From Candidatus Melainabacteria bacterium 17Bon1m (GTDB lineage: Bacteria; Cyanobacteriota; Vampirovibrionia; Obscuribacterales; Obscuribacteraceae), in the NCBI GenBank assembly GCA_032128875.1, contig JAVLKG010000005.1, positions 1 through 64,000 of the forward strand: 64,000 bases of DNA. Direction: 5' to 3'. The position numbers and the translations under genes are program-made. The notes beneath the pieces are model-generated. The model did no database searches, was not told where the DNA came from, and saw only the letters and a program-made list of their open reading frames with translations. Positions 47,627 to 56,844 of the stretch are shown here, in pieces (the first letter of the stretch is position 1; each line of letters starts with the position of its first letter).

Positions 47627-48843
47627 TGAAGGAATCTCGTGCCCTTGGTTTTCGCGCTTGCGCACTTGGAGTTTTGGTTTCAGCGCTGGTGTCGCTTAAC
47701 GACGCTTCGCTTGCAGTTGGTTCGAAGAGCGCAGACTATCAGGCGTTTGAAAAGAATGTACACGCACTGATTGAAAAGTCCTCCTGGACAAAATTGGTAA
47801 CTCTTTGCGACAGCTATCTGGCTAAGCATCGCGATGATATCAGTGTCCGCTCTTTGCGTGGATATGCATTGGTGCAAAGCAATCAAGACGCGCGAAGCTT
47901 GGCGGATTTGACTGCTGCTATCAAAGCTGGTTTGACCGATATGCCTGCAGATCTTGTTGAAGAACACGCCAGTCCGCTCCTCTCGCTGCGCGGGTTTGCA
48001 CTGATGCGAGTGGGTCGCTACAAGGAAGGAATTGCCGATATAGAAAAATCCATCAGCGGAAAGATTAGGCTTGTCTCCGAGCTATTGAATAGAAATGTCG
48101 ACTACAAAAATCTGATTGCCGCTTACACGCGGCTCAATGATCATGGCAATGTGCAGAAATATGCCAGAGCTCTTTCCGATACAGAAATGCAATTGCAAAA
48201 TACGCTGCAACCGCGTCTCGGCAACGAAGCGGACGCGAAGAAAATGGTTGCTAAATTGACTCGCGAGTGCGCTGCGGACAAAAATTCTAGTATTCCACTG
48301 ACCAAATTAGCTGCTTATCAAATTTATTTGAAAGCCTGGGCCGATGCGCTGAAAACCGTTGACCGTGCCATTGTTATAGAGCCCTATATGAGCCGCACTC
48401 GCCTGATGCGCTTTGATATTTTGAAGAATCTCAAACGCGAAGCAGAGGCTAAAAAGGAAGCGAAGTTAATTCTTCTGCGTGCCATGGCGCAAGGTGGAAG
48501 CGCCGAGAGTATTGGCGATAAGATGCTGATTACCGCTCGAATGATTGAGATTTACCGCAAGTTCAACGACCTCGATGGGCAGATAGATGTTCTTGAGGCC
48601 GTTGCCCACACAGGTTCGGCAAGTGAGTCTCAACTCTATGACCTTGGTCAGGGCTATGCGAAAAAACAACTTTGGGCAAAAGCTATCGATGCATATGGTG
48701 AAGCGCTCGACTACGCTACCGATAATCAACCTTTGATTCTTGACGCGCGCGCAAAAGCTCACAAAATGCTTGGCCACGCAAAAGAAGCAAAGGCGGACGA
48801 AGATGAAGCTTATAGGTTGCGCCACAAGAGTCGAAAAATCTAG
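47626..48843 (+). CDS. Secreted TPR protein
   Basis: Shares SLRG.ALMR.G...EGI.D.EKS and EPY with the upstream gene. Confidence 0.85.
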   Translation: MKESRALGFRACALGVLVSALVSLNDASLAVGSKSADYQAFEKNVHALIEKSSWTKLVTLCDSYLAKHRDDISVRSLRGYALVQSNQDARSLADLTAAIKAGLTDMPADLVEEHASPLLSLRGFALMRVGRYKEGIADIEKSISGKIRLVSELLNRNVDYKNLIAAYTRLNDHGNVQKYARALSDTEMQLQNTLQPRLGNEADAKKMVAKLTRECAADKNSSIPLTKLAAYQIYLKAWADALKTVDRAIVIEPYMSRTRLMRFDILKNLKREAEAKKEAKLILLRAMAQGGSAESIGDKMLITARMIEIYRKFNDLDGQIDVLEAVAHTGSASESQLYDLGQGYAKKQLWAKAIDAYGEALDYATDNQPLILDARAKAHKMLGHAKEAKADEDEAYRLRHKSRKI

Positions 48844-48943
48844 GCATATAATTTTGAATGTTTTTTGCCCGCGACGTGTGACGCGAGGTGTAAGAGAAAT
48901 ATTTGGGCACATCGTCTAAAAGAAAGGGTAATTTCGCCAAGTT

Positions 48944-49576
48944 ATGACAGACCCCAGCACTGCCACAATACGAATCTTTGTTGTCGAAGACCACCAGGCA
49001 ACCCTGGAGGGGCTGAGCGGTGGGCTCGGACGCGAAGAAGGGTTTGAAATCGTCGGATTGTCAGAAAACAGTGATGACGGGCTCAAGATGGCAATGCAAG
49101 TTCGCCCGGACGTTATAGTTCTGGACCTGCACCTGCCTGGCAGTCTCGGACCCAAACAAATGGTGGACGAGTATGTGCGCGTTCCGAACACGCGTGTGGT
49201 CGTGTTTTCAGCCGAAAGCCGCCTGGCTTTCATTCAAGCTGTTCTGTCACAGGGCGTCTCGGCCTACTTGCTTAAATCTGAGCGTTTGAAAACGGTGGCA
49301 GAAACTATCAGACGTGTGATGCGTGGCGAAAAGGGTATCGTCTCGCAGGAGCTGACTTTTGACCATAAGAAATTAACGCCTTCCGAGCAAGAAGTCCTGC
49401 ACATGCTGGGGCGCGGTATGAAGTATCAAGAAATCGCCGACGAAAGGATGACGTCTGCCGCTACCGCGCGCAAGCAGTGTGAAGTGTTGCAGTTGAAACT
49501 CAACCTTGAAAACCGCGAGCAACTGATCGCCTGGGCCGTGCAAAACGGTTATGGAAGTCGGGAGCTGGGAAATTAG
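48944..49576 (+). CDS. NarL/LuxR-type response regulator
   Basis: VVEDH, LDLHLP, YLLK; LTPSEQEVL..LGRGM..QEIA. Confidence 0.92.
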   Translation: MTDPSTATIRIFVVEDHQATLEGLSGGLGREEGFEIVGLSENSDDGLKMAMQVRPDVIVLDLHLPGSLGPKQMVDEYVRVPNTRVVVFSAESRLAFIQAVLSQGVSAYLLKSERLKTVAETIRRVMRGEKGIVSQELTFDHKKLTPSEQEVLHMLGRGMKYQEIADERMTSAATARKQCEVLQLKLNLENREQLIAWAVQNGYGSRELGN

Positions 49577-49621
49577 GGATTAGAAGCAATTTTAGTATGA
49601 TCTGCCGCATGCAGCCCTTTT

Positions 49622-51274
49622 GTGAGAGCGAACGGCCGGGAGCGTATGAACAGAGTCGGCACCTCGGTGACAGTCGGCGACCTTCTTAAGAAGGTCGGAT
49701 TGGTTTCGGACGCACAACTGGCCCAGGCTAATTCCATCTCTACCAAGACCGGCGCACCGCTGGGCAGTGTTCTTGTCGATACCGGTATTTTGACCCTCGA
49801 CCTTTCGCGGGCTGCCATACTCGCGCAGTCCCTGGTCAGTGAAAATGTCCTTCCGGCCGAAGTGGCTGCGCTCGCCTTGAAAGTGGTTTTTGAACAAGGT
49901 CTCGGCTTCGAAGAAGCTTTGGGCACCTTGGGCTGGCGCTCTGAGTATTACCAGGTGACAAACTGGCTCGGGCAGTTGTTGTACAAGGCAGGTGCTGTTT
50001 CCGAAACCGGGATACAGGCTGCGGTGGAAGCCAGCTATGCTTCCGGATTGCCTCTCGGGCGGGTTTTGGTTTTGCGCAAAGTTATTCCCGAGTCAGTGGC
50101 TTATGCGGCGCTGACCTGTCAGGTTTTAGTTCGCGAGAGAAAAATTACACAAGAGCAAGCCGTCGATGCTTTGCGAACAGCGTTATGCACGCGAAAGTCA
50201 ATCGAAGAAGCGCTCGAGCTGGAAGGCTATCATCAAGAAAAACTGCGCAAGTCCGTGCGGCTTGGCGAACTTTTGATTGTTGCTGGTCTTGTCTCTGAAA
50301 TCGATCTGCTCTCCGCCGTCGAGAAAGGGATTTTAGACAACAAGCCTATTGGGCAGGTTCTTCTCCATTTGAATTTGATTGACCAGCCGACTCTTGAGCG
50401 TGCACTGAGCTTGCAGCAGATGATAAATACACAGGCACTGACGCCTTTCGAAGCGGCGACCGTGCTTCAGGATTTACAAAAACGTGGTGTCAATGACACG
50501 CAAGATTTAGCAGTAATTGAAGTTCCGGAGGGGCAAAAACCTGCTGGAGTTGGCGAATTACCAGAGCTTTTGAAAGTCTTCGGACTGTACGACGAGAAAG
50601 ATTTGCTGCGCGCAGTGCAAGATCTGCTGTTGGAAAAACAAAACCTCGCTTATCGCATGGTCAGTCAGCAGGAAGAAATGAAAACGCGGCTGGCGCGAGA
50701 TTTGCACGACACTGTAATTGCCGATTTGATGATGCTAAAACGTTATCTCTCCGGCGATAAAAAACTTTCCGAAGAGCAGATTATCGAAATGGTCGATCAC
50801 GTCGTGCGGCAAATTCGTGACATCTGCAGTGACTTCGCTCCAAGGCATTTAAAGGACTGGGGGCTGAAGATGTGTTTGCAAGACCTTCTCGAGCGCATGA
50901 GTCAACGTACCGGCATCGGCGTCAATCTCGTGTGTGATCAAAACCTGCCGGACATGCCGGATCCCGTAGAACTGCATATATTCCGCATTATTCAAGAAGG
51001 TCTTAATAACGTCGAGAAATATTCAGGCGCGTCCCGTGTGATCGTGCATATTGAGCGGGTCGACGAGAAGACTATACGTTTTACTCTGATGGATAACGGC
51101 AAAGGTTTCGATGCTGATCGCCAGGAAGATCGGCCGAGCAATGTGGGTGGCATGGGCATGGGCGGCATGAAAGAACGCGCCGATCTTATTCGCTGTTTCT
51201 ACCCAACAACATTGTCCGTAGAATCTCAGCAGGGCGGCGGTTCGCGCGTAACATTGGAAGTGCGGATGACTTAA
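49622..51274 (+). CDS. Cytoplasmic histidine kinase with N-terminal MshEN-like repeats
   Basis: VGDLLKKVGLVS, WLGQLLYKAGAVS, RLGELLIVAGLVS; LARDLHD, QEGLNNVEKYS, DNGKGF, GMGMGGMKERA; start may be ATG 49646. Confidence 0.88.
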   Translation: MRANGRERMNRVGTSVTVGDLLKKVGLVSDAQLAQANSISTKTGAPLGSVLVDTGILTLDLSRAAILAQSLVSENVLPAEVAALALKVVFEQGLGFEEALGTLGWRSEYYQVTNWLGQLLYKAGAVSETGIQAAVEASYASGLPLGRVLVLRKVIPESVAYAALTCQVLVRERKITQEQAVDALRTALCTRKSIEEALELEGYHQEKLRKSVRLGELLIVAGLVSEIDLLSAVEKGILDNKPIGQVLLHLNLIDQPTLERALSLQQMINTQALTPFEAATVLQDLQKRGVNDTQDLAVIEVPEGQKPAGVGELPELLKVFGLYDEKDLLRAVQDLLLEKQNLAYRMVSQQEEMKTRLARDLHDTVIADLMMLKRYLSGDKKLSEEQIIEMVDHVVRQIRDICSDFAPRHLKDWGLKMCLQDLLERMSQRTGIGVNLVCDQNLPDMPDPVELHIFRIIQEGLNNVEKYSGASRVIVHIERVDEKTIRFTLMDNGKGFDADRQEDRPSNVGGMGMGGMKERADLIRCFYPTTLSVESQQGGGSRVTLEVRMT

Positions 51275-51292
51275 CTACCGGAATAGGTCGCG

Positions 51293-52309
51293 ATGCTTAT
51301 CTATCGAAAAATAGTCTCTTTGTTTGCTGTTTCGTACAGATTCTCTTTGCTCAAACTCCATTCGCCATTTAGAACTGCTGCTGCGTCTTTGTTTCTGCTG
51401 CCCGCTGTTTCGTTGATGGGCTGCCAATCTCAGGACGTCCGAGCGTCGAATGCGAAGCCCTTGCCCATGCCCACTGCTGCAAAGGGAGAGGTAGTGGTTA
51501 AGCTTGAGCCGTCTCGGTTAAAGCGCGAAGGACAGTTGAAAATCGGCAAAGGCTGGTTTGGTGCGCCGACATTCGATCAAAAGGAAGAACAACTAGTCAG
51601 CGGCAATGTGACAGTGAATGGCGAGAAATTCGCAATCGGAATTCCAAAAGATGGACCGTATGAACTGAAAGCTGATGAGGACGAGTACAAGAATTCTTCT
51701 ATGCGTATCAGCGTCGACGCGAACAATGATGGGCGCTTGCCGGATCACGAGTCTTGGTTCTCCTCTAATCCATTCCGTATAGGAGACAGTATGTTTACCG
51801 TCAGTGCTGTTGATCCGGGCGGCACCTGGATAACTTTGGCTAAATCGAGTGTTCCACTGGCTGGAGTGGTGCTTGGGCGGCGATGCCCTGATTTTGAGCT
51901 TTGGACCACCACCGGCAAGAAGGTGACGCTCGCCGACTACAAAGGCAAGCACCTTTTGCTTGATGTCTGGAGTATGACCTGACATAGCTGTATAGAAGAG
52001 TTTCCCTCCGTGAAAGGGATACAAAAAAAATATGGTCAAGACAAGCTTCAGGTTCTGCTTTTGAGCGTTGACTCCGGCTATGGCATTAACCCGCAGCGGG
52101 CTATGGAAAGCGACTTGAAGACGATGACCAAGCAAGGCGTACAGGACTGGCCTAATGTCGTACTGCCGAACGGAATGAAAGACACAGAGCGCATGTTCAA
52201 CTTAGATGGATATGGACTGACTCTTGTTGATCCGAATGGCATTGTGCGAGGCATCCATATCTATGGAGATGACGTGACTGAGTTGCTGGAGAAGGGTTTC
52301 GGCAAATAG
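51293..52309 (+). CDS. Putative selenoprotein: TlpA/redoxin-family lipoprotein with UxxC
   Basis: ORFs 51293..51982 and 52010..52309 share a frame; readthrough of TGA 51980-51982 gives PDFEL..GKKVTLADYKGKHLLLDVWSMT-U-HSCIEEFP; LMGC lipobox-like motif. Confidence 0.85.
51988..52023 (+). promoter_or_regulatory. SECIS-like hairpin
   Basis: TGTA...TCCC-TCCGTGAAA-GGGATACA; apical GT about 28 nt after the TGA. Confidence 0.55.
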
Positions 52310-52525
52310 GCGTTTTCTTTGCGATTTAATCTTTCTGTTCTGTTAGCGGAAAACCTCATCATCTCTGCTAAGTCGTCGGTTTATACGCGAATTCGCTAAA
52401 CCGTATTTGCGAATTTCAATCCTTGACGGACCGCCTTACTATCTAAGCGTCGGACAGCGCAGAGGCGCGGACGACGGAGAGAAGATAGGCAGACTATAGA
52501 CAGAGCCCTGTAGAGGACCGTTAGG

Positions 52526-54124
52526 ATGGAACCGGCAAGACAAATGAACAACCTGCGGTCATTTCAAGCCGGTGCGGCTGCGCGGTCCACTTCAACGTCA
52601 CCGGCGTCGCTCTCTCAGCACAAACAATTGAAGAGAATGCGTCTCGGTCAATTGTTGATTGAATCGCAACTAGTGAGCGGAGAACATCTTCACGAGGCGC
52701 TGACCATCTCCGCACATACCGGCGAAAAGATGGGCAAAGTACTTTCTTCTCTGCAGTATATCAACGAGAAGGACATGCAATCGGCGCTCTTGGCTCAGTC
52801 TCTGGTTGGTGAAGGCATTCTTGATGAGCGCACTGCAGTGGCCGCACTGAAAAAGGCTGTTGAAGCAGGTCTATCGCTGGCGGAAGTACTCGATGAATCT
52901 GCGCCTGAAAAGGCTGCTGTTGAGAGAGTTCTTGAATTGGAACAGCTTGTCGTCCGCGCAAATCTCGTTAGTCAGCAAGCTTTCGAGTTGGCGCTCGATA
53001 AGTCTAGAAGCGAAGGAGTTCCATTCGGTCGCGCCCTCATTCTTACCAACGGCATCGCTTTCTCGCTTTTGAGCAGCGCATTGGAAGCTGTTTCGCAAGT
53101 GCGCAATGGCGCCCTTGATGCTACCGATGCCGTGAAGGCCTTGAAAGACGTCAAAAAGAATCAGTACACTCTTGAAGATGCATTGCAAGGTCTCAAGATT
53201 TCGCCGAAGAGCTCCGTCAATCGAATCAAGCTGGGCGATTTACTTACCTCAGGTAAAGTTATTAGCGAGAGAGATAATCTCGTAGCGGTTGAACGCTCGC
53301 TTATCGAAAGACGGATGCTCGGTGAAATTTTGGTTGCGTCGGGTCTCGTTCCGAGTGGTGTTCTGAACGACACCCTGGCGGTTCAAGATATGGTTCTCAA
53401 AGGTGTGATTTCCATCGAAGCGGCAGCGAAGGCAGTACGCATGATGAAAGACGAACGTATTAGTCTTCAGCGAGCGGCAGCGATTTTAAAGCTATTCGCT
53501 GATGATCCAGATGCCGATGAAGCTATCGCTCTTCTTATCAAAGCCAATCTCGTCAATTCTGATTTGTACTCACGTGCCGTTCGCATGCAAATGCAACACC
53601 GCATGGGACCGCTGAAGGCGCTCGTTGCTTCTCAACTCCTTTCTCCTGTCACACATAAAGCTGCTGTCAGCGCATTTAGAATGGTTGCCGACGGCGATGT
53701 GACCGAGGCTGAAGCAGTAGTTTGCTTGCAGACCGTTGATAGAAAGCGCTGCACGCTCATTGAAGCTCTTTCTGAAATTCGTGGCGAGTCCAGAAGAAAA
53801 GCTCCAGTTGAAGAACATAGCGATGAGGTCAAAGCTCTTTTCGAGCAAAAGAAAGCCCAGTGCAGAGCCGAGCGCCGTTCTGTCAGCATGCGCGTGATCG
53901 TTGCAATCATGGCAGTCGTCGGTGTCCTGTGTCTGATCGTTCAACTGACGGTTCCCCAAGATTGGCACATCCCTGCTATGGCAATGGTGGGATTGATTGG
54001 TTCGATTGGTGTTTTTGTTGTCGGCAAAGCCGGCACCCGTGGCGATGAACTGGCAGAGCAAGCAGTTTTGAAAGAAGCGGAGAACGCAAGAGGAATGATT
54101 AATCGCTTTAGAACAAGAAGATAA
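52526..54124 (+). CDS. MshEN-like repeat protein with C-terminal TM pair
   Basis: MRLGQLLIESQLVS, IKLGDLLTSGKVIS..RMLGEILVASGLV; two TMs near the C-terminus. Confidence 0.82.
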   Translation: MEPARQMNNLRSFQAGAAARSTSTSPASLSQHKQLKRMRLGQLLIESQLVSGEHLHEALTISAHTGEKMGKVLSSLQYINEKDMQSALLAQSLVGEGILDERTAVAALKKAVEAGLSLAEVLDESAPEKAAVERVLELEQLVVRANLVSQQAFELALDKSRSEGVPFGRALILTNGIAFSLLSSALEAVSQVRNGALDATDAVKALKDVKKNQYTLEDALQGLKISPKSSVNRIKLGDLLTSGKVISERDNLVAVERSLIERRMLGEILVASGLVPSGVLNDTLAVQDMVLKGVISIEAAAKAVRMMKDERISLQRAAAILKLFADDPDADEAIALLIKANLVNSDLYSRAVRMQMQHRMGPLKALVASQLLSPVTHKAAVSAFRMVADGDVTEAEAVVCLQTVDRKRCTLIEALSEIRGESRRKAPVEEHSDEVKALFEQKKAQCRAERRSVSMRVIVAIMAVVGVLCLIVQLTVPQDWHIPAMAMVGLIGSIGVFVVGKAGTRGDELAEQAVLKEAENARGMINRFRTRR

Positions 54125-54180
54125 ATCGAGAAAAACATAGGTTTTCTTACCTGATTCGGGCGGAAACTGGTAAGGGCGTC

Positions 54181-54208
54181 AGAGGCTGAAGCGCAAGTCA
54201 GCCTCTTT
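54181..54208 (+). terminator. Possible intrinsic terminator
   Basis: AGAGGCTGA...TCAGCCTCT-TT. Confidence 0.45.
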
Positions 54209-54305
54209 ACGCTTTTTGTATTTGAATTATTAATCGGTGCGGACGGTATAGAATAACTAAGACTTACCGAAGTGTTCCCGATGGCTCGTCGTTTTGGAGT
54301 GAACT

Positions 54306-54986
54306 ATGAAGCTGAACTTTGTGTTTTCGATTTCTTTGTCTTTTGCGGTGTGCGCCTGCATCTCGACGCTGCCTGGCAGAGCCGATGAGTATTCGATTGC
54401 CGTGTCGAAGTACAACGCAGGCAATTTCGCTGAAGCCCAGCAGCACTTCACCAAAGCTGCACAAAGCCAGCCGAAATCATGGAAAGTTCAATACCAGCTT
54501 GCCAACACCCAATTGCAACTTAAGCAAATCGATAAAGCGAAGAAGAGCTATCAGAAATGTATTTCGCTCAATCCGCCCGCCGACACCAGAGCGCAATGCG
54601 AACGAGCAATCAGTTATTTGAACAACCCGCCTCAGCCTGCGGCGCCTGCTCCGTATAGACCATCGCTGTATCAACGAACATCTTCCTCAACGTCAAGTGC
54701 CAGTGACGCTGGTAGTTCCGCAGTGTCAGCTGCGGATCGTGACAAGGAGGCTGCCCGTGCTCGCATTACCCGTGAGGCCGAGGCTGAGATTGCGAAGATG
54801 AAAGCGGAGGAAGAAGAACATTTGAAAGCCGCACAAGCCAATACTAACCGTTCATGGATTCATTCCGATGGAACAATCCAGACTCACTTGAGCGAATCAG
54901 AAGAAGCCGAATTCAAGAAAGAAGTCGCAAGAAAAGAAGCTGCTATCCGGGAAAGAATGCAGCGGCAGCTGAACTCAGTCAGGTAG
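54306..54986 (+). CDS. Secreted TPR/coiled-coil protein
   Basis: Signal peptide, TPRs, Ser-rich linker, coiled coil; GGAG SD. Confidence 0.82.
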   Translation: MKLNFVFSISLSFAVCACISTLPGRADEYSIAVSKYNAGNFAEAQQHFTKAAQSQPKSWKVQYQLANTQLQLKQIDKAKKSYQKCISLNPPADTRAQCERAISYLNNPPQPAAPAPYRPSLYQRTSSSTSSASDAGSSAVSAADRDKEAARARITREAEAEIAKMKAEEEEHLKAAQANTNRSWIHSDGTIQTHLSESEEAEFKKEVARKEAAIRERMQRQLNSVR

Positions 54987-54988
54987 TT

Positions 54989-55645
54989 TTAGTTGACCGC
55001 TTGCTGCGCCTGCTCTGCATACGCCAGCAAATTGGTGGCTTGCTCTTCGCGATGCGTGGAGCTAAGCAAAGCAGCGTATCCATTGATAATTTGCAGTGCT
55101 GCTTTTGGATTGTCGTTCATCGTTTTGATTGACGCCGACATTGCCTTTTCGTAAAAAGGCTCAGCTTGCGCAAATTTTTGCTGCGCGTGGAAAATGTATG
55201 CCATATACGACATCAGGCGCACTGTTTCGTCGTGAGTAGGTCCGTGGTTGGTTTCGTAAATCTTCAAGCAGGATTGAGCGAATGGCTCCGCTTTTGCGTA
55301 TTCGCCCTTCGCATAATACATCTCCGCCAGCAAAACCAGAGTTGTTGCCGTTCTTATGCTGTTTCCGCCGTACTTGCGCTGTTGAATATCCGCAAGTCCA
55401 AGCATCAGAGGCTCGGCGTCCTCATACTTAGTCATGTCCATCAAGCAGCGCGATAAGATCTCCGCTGTTTCAATCATTTCCTCAGACTCGCCACCGAAAA
55501 TTTCAGCTTCTTTCAGCGCTTCCCATAGCTGGTATTCCGCGTTTGGGTAGTCGTATTTTGCCAGCGCGGATTGTCCCGCCGTCAAACGTTCTTTCCATGC
55601 CATCTCTTGATACCTGAATTGAGAGAAATTCTTTGCTGCGCCCAA
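54989..55645 (-). CDS. TPR protein (kinesin-light-chain-like repeats)
   Basis: LAEMYYAKGEYAKAEP, HGPTH; likely start ATG 55603. Confidence 0.82.
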   Translation of the reverse strand: MGAAKNFSQFRYQEMAWKERLTAGQSALAKYDYPNAEYQLWEALKEAEIFGGESEEMIETAEILSRCLMDMTKYEDAEPLMLGLADIQQRKYGGNSIRTATTLVLLAEMYYAKGEYAKAEPFAQSCLKIYETNHGPTHDETVRLMSYMAYIFHAQQKFAQAEPFYEKAMSASIKTMNDNPKAALQIINGYAALLSSTHREEQATNLLAYAEQAQQAVN

Positions 55646-55948
55646 AAGCGACAGAACTCCTCTTTAACTTATGTACCACGTAAGAGAAAAAGCCGAAATT
55701 CCCCTTTTAGGGGAAGTTTTCAGGTTCTTCACCAATGGACGGTTCACGTAAACATTGCCTTTGCGGAAAAACGACAGTGGTTTGGGTGCCTATCTGGAAA
55801 ACTTTCTTGAGTCACTAGAAGTGCGATCTGGCCTTGCCGTCCTTCGATTTTGCATAGGCCCAAATGTGGCGCTATGGCTGCCAATTTTGGTTGCGAAGTG
55901 CCAATTTTTGAGTTTCAATATGGTTGGACGCATTGGAGGCGTCGACCT

Positions 55949-56224
55949 ATGAAACCCGAAACTATGCGTCAAATTCGCAACATCTTGCTTAGAACATTTG
56001 CCGTGACATTTGTTCTAAATCTACTGATGGCAGCAGCAACTTTTGGACTTTGGGATACGTGGACCTCAATTACAGGCCAGTGGTTCCACACATCTCCACA
56101 GTCGCTTGGTCCGCAAATGGTCAGTTTCTTCACCACGATCAAATTCTTCGCTTTATTCGTGCTCCTGGGACCTGCTCTTGCCTTGCATTGGACTCTCAAA
56201 GCAGAAGCCAAAGCAGGTATCTGA
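55949..56224 (+). CDS. Small two-TM membrane protein
   Basis: GGAGG SD before ATG 55949; PALALHW C-terminus. Confidence 0.7.
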   Translation: MKPETMRQIRNILLRTFAVTFVLNLLMAAATFGLWDTWTSITGQWFHTSPQSLGPQMVSFFTTIKFFALFVLLGPALALHWTLKAEAKAGI

Positions 56225-56315
56225 CCTTTGGGGTGGTCTCTTTACGCTCATCGCACAGGGATTGACCATTGAGCCTCTGGTCAAGCGCTTGCGCATCCAG
56301 AAGACAGAAGACTAA
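56221..56315 (+). pseudogene. C-terminal remnant of a CPA1 (NhaP-type) Na+/H+ antiporter
   Basis: LTFGVV / frameshift / FTLIAQGLTIEPLVKRL resembles the last TM of CPA1 antiporters; no 5' part present. Confidence 0.55.
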
Positions 56316-56406
56316 GACTCGCTAAGCAGCGCAACGGCAGGTTCGATCGATGCGCTCGACGCTAGATTTCGGCCTTGTTGTTATATCATCGAGAAAATAG
56401 CTTTCT

Positions 56407-56844
56407 TCATCTGACGATAAGCACAGAGCAGCGAGCATTCCGAACAATTTTCTCTGCGCTGGTTCCTAAGAGAGCACCCCAGATACTTGAATGTCCTGTG
56501 TCGCCGATAACCAGCATGTCCATGCTGTTCTTTTTCACAAAATCAGTCATTGCAGCAGTTGAAGAACCTGGAGTGATCTCTGTGAAGGTTTTTACGCCGG
56601 CTTTTTCAGCAAGGGTTCTGGCTTTTATTTGAGCTCGCTCCAGTCTTTCCCTGGAAGTTTTGTCGGCGGCCAATACCTCGCTTGCACTATAAGAGGCATC
56701 CACCGACTCCTGAATGGACACTATGTGTAACTCAGCTTCTTTAGCTGCTGCTTGTTTGACTGCTTCTTCCAGCGCTTTCCATGAGCTATCGGAACCGTCG
56801 AGGCCAACTGCGATTTTGTAGATTTTGCTGCGCTCTTCTGCCAT
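56407..56844 (-). CDS. Universal stress protein
   Basis: IAVGLDGSDSS; DMLVIGDTGHS...LLGTSAEKIVRNARCSVLIVR. Confidence 0.93.
   Translation of the reverse strand: MAEERSKIYKIAVGLDGSDSSWKALEEAVKQAAAKEAELHIVSIQESVDASYSASEVLAADKTSRERLERAQIKARTLAEKAGVKTFTEITPGSSTAAMTDFVKKNSMDMLVIGDTGHSSIWGALLGTSAEKIVRNARCSVLIVR

Noticed and set aside
51980-51982. Genome-wide TGA reassignment to Trp or Gly
   Set aside because: Many well-defined genes here end properly at TGA (corA, USP, MocR), and this TGA aligns with a redox Cys
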